Shown: piece after piece, positions 19,453 through 26,641 of the stretch
How the letters are laid out: the number at the start of each line of letters is the position of its first letter
How positions within the stretch are numbered: the first letter of the stretch is position 1
Assembly: GCA_963667465.2 (NCBI GenBank)
Contig: CAXXDN010000001.1
Location: 928,001-992,000 of the forward strand
DNA: 64,000 nucleotides
Origin: Dehalococcoidia bacterium
Lineage (GTDB): Bacteria; Chloroflexota; Dehalococcoidia; UBA2979
Direction: 5' to 3'
Notes under the pieces: model-generated
The model's input: only the letters and a program-made list of their open reading frames with translations
Told to the model about the DNA's origin: nothing
Databases searched by the model: none
Made by a program: the position numbers and the translations under genes

Positions 19453-20106
19453 ATGCGCATCGCCGTCCTCTCCGACACCCACCTGCCGAGCACGATCCGC
19501 CACCCCGGCCTGCTGGGCGGCACGCTCGAGGAGCACCTCGCCTCGGCGGACCTGATCCTGCACGGCGGCGACGTGACAGAGCCCGCGGTGCTCGACTGGT
19601 GCGAGCAGTTCGCGCCGGTCCGCTGCTCGCTTGGCGCGCACGACCACTTCGAGGACGCGCGCTGCGCCCCCGTGCAGCTCGTCGAGCACGCCGGCTGGCG
19701 GATCGGCATGGTCCACGACGTGGAGGCGATCCCGCGCAGCATCGAGACGCCTCGACAGCTGGCGAGCGCGATCTACGGCGACGCCGAGCTCGACGTGCTG
19801 ATCGCCGGCGACTCGCACTACGAGCGGCTCGAGTACCGCGACGGCGTGCTGCTGCTCGATCCGGCCAGCCCGAGCTTCCCGCACCACCGCACGACGCGCC
19901 TCGGCGCGATCGCGCTGCTCGAGCTGGAGCCGGACCTGCTGCGCGCCTCGATCGTCCCGATCGGCGAGACGCCGGGCGCGCCCAATCCCTGCACCGCCGC
20001 CTCCGTCGCGATCGGGCGCGACGGGCTCGTCGAGGCCTCGCTGGCCGGCGAGCGCGTCGAGGCGATGGCATGGCGTCCGGCGGGCGCGCCGCCGCTGCGG
20101 GTGTAG
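19453..20106 (+). CDS. YfcE-type metallophosphoesterase
   Basis: LSDTH, HGGD, GAHD, GDSH, DPASP calcineurin-like motifs. Confidence 0.82.
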   Translation: MRIAVLSDTHLPSTIRHPGLLGGTLEEHLASADLILHGGDVTEPAVLDWCEQFAPVRCSLGAHDHFEDARCAPVQLVEHAGWRIGMVHDVEAIPRSIETPRQLASAIYGDAELDVLIAGDSHYERLEYRDGVLLLDPASPSFPHHRTTRLGAIALLELEPDLLRASIVPIGETPGAPNPCTAASVAIGRDGLVEASLAGERVEAMAWRPAGAPPLRV

Positions 20107-20184
20107 GCCGCGCCGTGCCGCCCGCAGCCACGCCGCTTGCTATCCTCCACGCGCCCGTAAGGGCAGAGCCGGCGAGGAGGCCTG

Positions 20185-21411
20185 ATGCGCGCTGAGATCG
20201 TTTCCATCGGGACCGAGATCATGCTCGGCGAGATCGTCGACACCAACGCAGCCTTCATCGCGTCGCAACTTCCGGAGTTCGGCATCGACCTGCTGCACGT
20301 CTCGCAGGTCGGCGACAACCCCGCGCGGCTGCGCGAGGTCTTCGCCCGTGCTTGGGAGCGCTCGGAGCTGACGATCGCCAGCGGCGGCCTCGGCCCCACC
20401 GAGGACGACGTGACGCGCGAGGCCGTCGCCGCCGTCCTCGGCGAGGAGGTCCACGTCGACGACGAGCAGCGCGCGCTGCTGGAGCAGCGCTTCGGCCACC
20501 GCGGGGCCGCGCTCGTCGAGCGCAACATGAAGCAGGCCTGGCTGATCCCCTCGTCGATGGCGATCCCCAACCCGCGCGGCACGGCGCCCGGCTGGTGGGT
20601 GGAGCGCGATGGCCACGCGATCGTGCTGATGCCCGGTCCGCCCCAGGAGATGACCTTCATGTGGGAGCAGCAGGTCGCGCCCCGCCTCGAGGAGCGGGCG
20701 AGCGCGATCCTCGTCTCGCACACGATCAAGACCGCCACCCTCGGCGAGTCGCAGGTCGACCAGATGCTGGCCGACCTGCTGGACACCACGAACCCCTCGA
20801 TCGGCATCTATGCGCGCCGCGACGGCATCCACGTGCGGCTCAGCGCGAAGGCGCCGACGCGCGAGGATGCGTGGCGGCTGATCCACCCGCTCGCCGAGCA
20901 GGTGCGCGGCATCCTCGGCCCCACCGTCTGGGGCGAGGACGAGGACACGCTGCAGGCGGGCGTTGGCCGGCTGCTGAGCGACCGCGGCCTGACGCTCGCG
21001 GTGATGGAGTCGGCGACGGGTGGGGCGATCGCGAGCGCGATCACGGACGTGGCGGGGTCCTCGGACTACTTCCGCGGCAGCCTGGTGACGTACGCGACCG
21101 AGGCGAAGATCGCGCACGGCGTACCCGCCGAGGTGCCGCTGCTGCACGGCGTGATCTCGCGCGAGACGGCGGAGGCGATGGCGGCGGCGGCGCGCGAGCA
21201 GCTCGGCGCGGACCTCGGTCTCGGCCTCACGGGCATCGCGGGCAGCGACGAGGTGGAGGGCCAGCCGCCGGGCACGATGCACATCGCGCTGACGGACGGC
21301 GAGCGCACCGAGTACCAGACGTACTCCTACTACCAGGGCCGCGACGCCGCCAAGCGCCGCGCCACCACGGTCGCGCTGGACCTCGTGCGGCGCTGGCTGT
21401 TGGGGAGTTGA
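20185..21411 (+). CDS. cinA: CinA competence/damage-inducible protein (MoCF-like domain + NMN deamidase PncC)
   Basis: IGTEIMLGEIVDTNA, GGLGPTEDD, GTAPG, ESATGG...YATEAK. Confidence 0.93.
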   Translation: MRAEIVSIGTEIMLGEIVDTNAAFIASQLPEFGIDLLHVSQVGDNPARLREVFARAWERSELTIASGGLGPTEDDVTREAVAAVLGEEVHVDDEQRALLEQRFGHRGAALVERNMKQAWLIPSSMAIPNPRGTAPGWWVERDGHAIVLMPGPPQEMTFMWEQQVAPRLEERASAILVSHTIKTATLGESQVDQMLADLLDTTNPSIGIYARRDGIHVRLSAKAPTREDAWRLIHPLAEQVRGILGPTVWGEDEDTLQAGVGRLLSDRGLTLAVMESATGGAIASAITDVAGSSDYFRGSLVTYATEAKIAHGVPAEVPLLHGVISRETAEAMAAAAREQLGADLGLGLTGIAGSDEVEGQPPGTMHIALTDGERTEYQTYSYYQGRDAAKRRATTVALDLVRRWLLGS

Positions 21412-21420
21412 GGCGAGCGG

Positions 21421-21684
21421 CTACACCGCCCTGGAGTCGAGGGCGCTGAGCGCTGTGGCGAACTCGTCCCAGCCCACATCGCCCTCGCGGTACTCGCAGT
21501 CCCACAGCTCGAGGCTGCCAATCAGGTCTGCGACGGCGGGCGGTGGCCGGACGGCTTCGGACCAGTCGACGGCGGCGAGGAAGTCAGGCAGGCGGTACTC
21601 GCCCGGGCCGCCCGCGAGGGTCTGGCGGACGGCTTGCAGCACGTCGGCTTGAGTTGGAGGCTGTGTGGCGATGAGGGTCGTCAT
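21421..21684 (-). CDS. Small acidic hypothetical protein (~87 aa; start uncertain)
   Basis: Open frame with GC3-biased codons (LPDFLAAVDWSE...LELWDCEYREGDVGWDEF); no family recognised. Confidence 0.5.
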   Translation of the reverse strand: MTTLIATQPPTQADVLQAVRQTLAGGPGEYRLPDFLAAVDWSEAVRPPPAVADLIGSLELWDCEYREGDVGWDEFATALSALDSRAV

Positions 21685-21956
21685 CGAAGCCGTACCATTC
21701 GCCGAACTCGACGCACTTTGGGCCGCGAACGAGGTGGATCGCAAGCGCGCGTCGGGCATGCTCCTCGAATCCATCGTACACAGCCGCCCGGAATCCGCGC
21801 CGGGTCGATGGCGAGGAGCGAATCGTGAAGCTGATCACAGCGAACGGCCAGCACATCGGAACGGTGCATGAGGTCGTGATGACCGCGGGCGATGTGGTCC
21901 ACTGCCATCCGAAGGACTACACGCGACGTGACTGCTCGCGTGTCCGCTCCACATGA
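21671..21956 (+). pseudogene. Frameshifted small hypothetical gene
   Basis: SD GGAGG at 21656; MRVVIEAVPFAELDALW... switches frame near 21800 to VDGEERIVKLITANGQHIGTVHEVVM...HCHPKDY...*, whose TGA overlaps the next ATG. Confidence 0.4.
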
Positions 21957-22987
21957 CTGACCCGCTCCCCCTCCCCCTCGGCGACAACGCGGCCTACGCG
22001 CTGCCGCTCGCCGAGGGCGGCGTGCTGCTCGTCGACGCGGGGCCGGACATACCGGGCGACGGGGACTCCGAGGGCGACACGAACGCTGAGGGCGGGACGT
22101 GGGGGGAGATCGTCGCACTGCTGGCGGCGGGCGGGTTCGCGCCCGGCGACGTGCGTGCGGTGCTCGTCACGCACTGGCACCTCGACCACTGCGGGCTCGC
22201 CTGGCGCTGGGCCGCCGAGGGCGCGCGCATCCTCGCCGGCGCGGCCGATGTCGAGGCGATCACGACCGGGCAGCTCTGGAACGACTCCCGTGTCGAGACG
22301 CGGCTGCGCACGCTGATCGAGCACGGCTGTCCGCCCGAGCTCGCCGCCCGCTTCAGCCAGCCGACGCGGCGCAGGCCGCCTGCCTACCGCTGGCGGGCCT
22401 GCCCGCGTGAGGCCGTCGAGGCGGTCGCCGATGGCGCGGAGTTCGCCCTCGAGGGCGGTACGCGCCTGCGGGTTGTCGCCGCGCCGGGGCACACGCCCGG
22501 CAACCTCGTCGCCTTCGTCGAGGCGACGGGCGACCTCTACTCCGGCGACACGCTGCTGCCGCACACGACGCCGACGCCGGGGCTGCATTTCCCCGCAGCC
22601 GGTGGCCCCTCGGCGGCCGATGGCGCGCCGGGCGAGCGCTGGCCCTCGCTGCCGCCGTTCGTGGCGTCGGTCGAGCGGCTGCGCGGGCTGGGCGTGCGGC
22701 GCGTGCTGCCGGGCCACGGCGCGCCCGTCGAGGGCGAGGCGGCGGAGCGCCTGTTCGTGCGCTTTGAGCGCCACCACGCGCGCCGCCAAACGCTGGTGCG
22801 CGGGCTGCTCGAGGAACAGCCGGACAGCGCGTACGGCCTCGTGCGGCGGCTCTTCCCGCACCTCCCGGACTCGCGCAGTGCGCAGGCGCTGACGGAGCTG
22901 ATCGGCCAGCTCGATGTCCTCGTCGCCCGCGGCGACGCGGCGTGCGAGCCGCGCGACGGCGTGCTGCTGCACCGCCTCACGCGGTAG
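21953..22987 (+). CDS. MBL-fold metallo-hydrolase
   Basis: LVDAG, THWHLDHCG (HxHxDH), PGHTPG, SGDTLL, LPGHG. Confidence 0.9.
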   Translation: MTDPLPLPLGDNAAYALPLAEGGVLLVDAGPDIPGDGDSEGDTNAEGGTWGEIVALLAAGGFAPGDVRAVLVTHWHLDHCGLAWRWAAEGARILAGAADVEAITTGQLWNDSRVETRLRTLIEHGCPPELAARFSQPTRRRPPAYRWRACPREAVEAVADGAEFALEGGTRLRVVAAPGHTPGNLVAFVEATGDLYSGDTLLPHTTPTPGLHFPAAGGPSAADGAPGERWPSLPPFVASVERLRGLGVRRVLPGHGAPVEGEAAERLFVRFERHHARRQTLVRGLLEEQPDSAYGLVRRLFPHLPDSRSAQALTELIGQLDVLVARGDAACEPRDGVLLHRLTR

Positions 22988-23003
22988 TGCCTCGAGGGCC
23001 CCG

Positions 23004-24878
23004 CTACTCCTCGAGCCGCACGCCGTCGGAGTGCCAGCGCAGGTACTCGGCGCTCGCCCAGCCCTCGAGGCCGTCGTCCGTGCGGAGGTGCAGCCAGGGT
23101 TGCGGGTAGAGGACGAAGTCGTCCGTTTCGGCGACGGCCCCGTTCGGGAGGCAGGCGAGGGTCGGCGCGTCGAGCGAGGCCTTCTCGCGGAGGTTCAGGC
23201 ACGGATCGGCGACGACCTCGACCAGGAGCTGGTCGTCGAAGGGCGGCTGCTCGATTATTGGCGCGAGTGGCAGAGGCGGATACACGTTGAGACCTTCCTG
23301 CGAGTGGAAAAAGGTCGTTCGCACAAGCAGAGTGCCGCCGGTGGCGCCCAGCGCGGCGCGTTCCTGCCGAGCGAGGAACGGCTGCCAAGGAGGATCGGGG
23401 ATGGGCGCGCTGGGATCCCCGAAGGAGATGGATGCGAGCACATCCCCGGCCCGATTCACAACCTGCGGGGGGTAAAGGGAGAAGAAGCGGTCTCGGTCGT
23501 CCGGGGAAGGCCATCCAGGCGCCTGCTCCCATGTCCCCCGGAGCGTGGCGATTCGTGGGCCGCGGTGCGTGCCTACCACGATTCCGGAACTGCCGGCGAG
23601 CCACACGCCAGCCACGTCACCATGAACTCCGAACTCGGCGAGCCCGAATGAATAGACGCTCTTGACTCGCAGGATCTCCTCGCCCGTCGTTGCGTCGAAG
23701 ATCGACGAGATCCTGTCGTCGGCGAGCACGCTCGATGTCGCGGCAGCAAGCATGCGCCCGTCCGCAGAAATCCGCGGGAAGAGGCCTCCCCACGATCCAG
23801 GGATCGGACTCAGGCACCGTATCGTACTGTCGGACAGGAGCGTGCCCCTGAGGTCATAGCGAACCACGCGGCAGGTCACATTGCCGGTATCGGCGATGAA
23901 TGCAACGAGGTCGTCCAGGGGATCGACTTGATAGAGGATTTCCCCTGTCTTGTGAGCCGGGACCGTCTTCCACGGAAGTACCCACGAGTGGACCTCGGGG
24001 TTGGCCTCGTCCTCGAGGTTCACGAGGTGAAAGCGATCGCCCGGCTCACACTCGACGCACTCACGGACGAGGATGTAGCCGCCGCTGGGGCTGGTGAAGC
24101 GCTAGCCGGCCGGAAGATCGAGCTGCGCCACGGGCCGCAACTCGGCGTCCATCGCCACGAAAGCGCCGGAGCTCGCGAGGCGGAAGAGCAGCCGCTCGTC
24201 GGGTCCGGTTCCCCACCATAGATCGAACTCAATCCTGCTCCGATCCCACGTGTACGTGCGCCCGGTCTGCCGGTCGTGCAGGACTCCCTGGCCCGCCCAA
24301 CTCACGAAGCGATTGCTCGGCGAGGCATCGAGGTCGTCGGCGGCGTTCCGGGCTGCTTCGCGCTCCCTCTCCGGCAGGGCGGCGAGCGAGCGCACCCACG
24401 CCTCCACTTCGCCCGTCGCCACGTCGAGCAGGAACAGGCCAGGGTCCCACGGCGCCTCCTCGCCTGCCTCGTAGCGAGCGTGCGTGAGGCCGGCCGCCGC
24501 CAGCGCCTCGGCGGTGTTGACCTCGCGGATGCTGAGGTCCTCGGCGGTGATCAGCGGCGCCGGGGTTGCGGTCGGCGTGGGCGACGGAGTTGGCGAGGGC
24601 GTCACGGCTGGTGTCGGTGCGGGCGCGGGCGTTGTGGTTGGCGTGGGAGTGGCTGCCGGCGATGCGACGGTCGTCGGAGTTGGCGAGGGCGTCGTGGTGG
24701 GAGTCGGAGCTGGAGGTGCCTCGGGCGTGGGTGTCGGCGTCGCGGCGGGCGAGGCTGCCGCGGGCGGCGGGGGCTCCTCGGGCCCGCCGTCGCACGCCGC
24801 CAGACCGGCCGCGAGCGAGAGCGCGAGGACGGCCGCGAGCAGGGGTGGCAGCGAGCGTCGCGTGCGGTGTACGAGCAT
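23004..24878 (-). pseudogene. Surface lipoprotein with Pro/Thr-rich linker and C-terminal SH3b-like domain, interrupted by one in-frame TAG (24102-24104)
   Basis: Lipobox LAAC, PT repeats; ORFs 24102-24878 and 23004-24023 share a frame and join through PAG*RFTSPSGGYILVR...; C-terminus CLNLRE...W.HLRTDDGLEGWASAEYL. Confidence 0.75.
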
Positions 24879-24983
24879 CGCGGTCCCCTCCCCGGCTACC
24901 TGAGGTTAGACGACTGTCTCGGCGTGATGGTTCCGGCGAGCGGCAGGGTTCGTCCCTCAGGAGCCTGTCGTGGGTTCGGCGAG

Positions 24984-25001
24984 CCCCCTCACCCCCGCCC
25001 T
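24984..25001 (+). repeat. Left half of a REP-like element split by IS110
   Basis: CCCCCTCACCCCCGCC-CT; the stretch CCCCTCACCCCCGCCC is identical to the reverse complement of the third tandem unit (~18505-18520). Confidence 0.85.
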
Positions 25002-25009
25002 AATGGGGT

Positions 25010-25205
25010 TCGACCGGACCCTGGAGCGATCTGGGAGACTGGTCTTGGACCGGCCGGCCGGTGAGCACTGCCCCTCCCCGAGACACTGCGATCTCCAGGG
25101 AGAGACCGTGCCCCGGCTGGTGCGTCCGGGTGGTCCACAGCACTCCTGGGGTGTCGTGCCCGAGAGCACTGGTCCATTAGGCCGTCGCAGGACCAGCCCG
25201 GCAGG
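25010..25205 (+). ncRNA. Bridge RNA (target-binding loop ~25047-25127, donor-binding loop ~25126-25201); ends approximate
   Basis: Guides CCCCTCCC (25071-78) and GGGAGAG (25098-104) match the target; GGGGTGTC (25148-55) and CCATTAG (25174-80) match the donor junction; each pair flanks an inner hairpin and is closed by outer stems. Confidence 0.85.
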
Positions 25206-25244
25206 TCGCAAACAGCAGCACGAAGCGCAGGAAAGCGAGGCACG

Positions 25245-26468
25245 ATGACCCTCTACGTCGGTGACGACTGGTCCGAAGACCACCACGATGTCCAGCTCAT
25301 GAACGAGGCCGGCGAACGGCTCGCCGCCAGGCGGCTGCCCGAGGGCGTCGCGGGCGTCGCCGTGCTGCACGAACTGGTTGCCGAGCACGCCTCAGACCCG
25401 GGCGCGGTCGTGGTCGGCATCGAGACCGACCGCGGACCCTGGGTCACGGCCCTGCTCGCGGCCGGCTACCGCGTCTACGCGATCAACCCCCGCTCGGCGG
25501 CGCGCTACCGTGAGCGTCACCACCTGGGCGGCGCCAAGTCCGACGCCGCCGACGCGAAGCTGCTCGCCGACCTCGTGCGCACCGACCGCCACAACCACCG
25601 TCCGCTGGCCGGCGACAGCGACGAGGCTGCCGCGGTGCGCATCCTCGCCCGCGCCCACCAGCAGCTGATCTGGGACCGCGTGCGCCAGACCAACCGGCTG
25701 CGCAACGCCCTCAGGGAGTATTTCCCGGCTGCCCTGCAGGCCTTCCCCAGCCTCGCGCACGGCGACGCCCTGGGCGTGCTGGCGCGGGCGAGCGAGCCGC
25801 GCGAGGCGGCGCGCCTGAGCACGTCGAAGATCCGCTCGGCGCTGCGCCGCGGCGGACGTCAGCGCAACCTCGAGCGGCGCGCCGCCGCGGTGCGCGACGC
25901 GCTGCGCTCCCCGCAACTCGAGGCGCCGCCTGCCGTGAGCCGGGCGTTCGCCGCGAGCACCCGCGCGGCGGTCGCGCAGATCAGCGAGATCAACCGTCAG
26001 CTTACGGAGCTCGAGGCCGCGCTCACGAGCCATTTTGAGCAGCACCCGGACGCCGCAATCTACCGTTCCCTGCCCGGTCTCGGTGTCGTGCTCGGCGCCC
26101 GGGTGCTCGGCGAGTTCGGGGACGACCCCGAACGCTACGAGTCGGCGAAGTCCCGCAGGAACTACGCCGGCACCTCGCCGCTCACCGTAGCATCGGGCCG
26201 CAAGCGCAGCGTGCGCGCCCGCTTCGTGCGCAACCGCCGGCTCGCCGACGCCGTGGACCGCTGGGCGCTCTGCTCGCTGCAGGCGAGCCCCGGCTGCCAT
26301 GACTTCTACCACCGCCGCCGCGCCGCGGGCGACCTCCACCACCAGGCGCTGCGCGCTCTCGGCAACCGCCTCGTCGGCTACCTCCACGGCTGCCTGAAGG
26401 CACGTCGCCCCTACGACGAGGCCACCGCCTGGGCGCACCGCCACGACCGCGAACAGCTCGCCGCTTGA
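25245..26468 (+). CDS. IS110 DEDD recombinase/transposase
   Basis: YVGDDWSEDHHD, VGIET, KSDAADA (DEDD RuvC-like domain); SLPGLG, YAGTSP...SG (Tnp-domain catalytic Ser), ALGNRL. Confidence 0.95.
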   Translation: MTLYVGDDWSEDHHDVQLMNEAGERLAARRLPEGVAGVAVLHELVAEHASDPGAVVVGIETDRGPWVTALLAAGYRVYAINPRSAARYRERHHLGGAKSDAADAKLLADLVRTDRHNHRPLAGDSDEAAAVRILARAHQQLIWDRVRQTNRLRNALREYFPAALQAFPSLAHGDALGVLARASEPREAARLSTSKIRSALRRGGRQRNLERRAAAVRDALRSPQLEAPPAVSRAFAASTRAAVAQISEINRQLTELEAALTSHFEQHPDAAIYRSLPGLGVVLGARVLGEFGDDPERYESAKSRRNYAGTSPLTVASGRKRSVRARFVRNRRLADAVDRWALCSLQASPGCHDFYHRRRAAGDLHHQALRALGNRLVGYLHGCLKARRPYDEATAWAHRHDREQLAA

Positions 26469-26491
26469 CGCCTTAGCACCCTGGGGTGTCT
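26465..26491 (+). promoter_or_regulatory. -35 half of the IS110 circle-junction promoter
   Basis: TTGACG (26465-70) overlaps the transposase stop; joined to the left end it gives TTGACG-N18-TCTAAT upstream of the bridge RNA. Confidence 0.65.
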
Positions 26492-26513
26492 CTCCCCCGG
26501 GAGAGGGGGCCGG
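26490..26513 (+). repeat. Right half of the REP-like element split by IS110
   Basis: CT-CTCCCCCGGGAGAGGGGGCCGG matches the right half of other REP copies in the window. Confidence 0.85.
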
Positions 26514-26641
26514 AGAGGGGAGGCGGCGGCCGGGTGCGGCGATGTGACTTCAGGAGCCGGTCGTGGGTCTGGCGCACGCGCAGCGCGTAGTATCGGAGCG
26601 CTGGCTGGCGGCGCGCGACGGACGTGGCGAGGAACGGCGAG

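Larger units (their letters stand above)
25000..26491 (+). mobile_element. IS110-family insertion sequence (IS621-like layout, bridge RNA in left end), CT core at both junctions
   Basis: CT at 25000-25001 and 26490-26491; removing the element restores a REP; long left non-coding end, short right end, no terminal inverted repeats. Confidence 0.92.

Noticed and set aside
24102-24104. Pyrrolysine or stop-codon reassignment at the in-frame TAG
   Set aside because: TAG ends many ordinary genes in this window, no pyl genes are visible, and the protein is not a methylamine methyltransferase.
24560-24780. Low-complexity repeats
   Set aside because: Explained by the Pro/Thr-rich linker of the lipoprotein.
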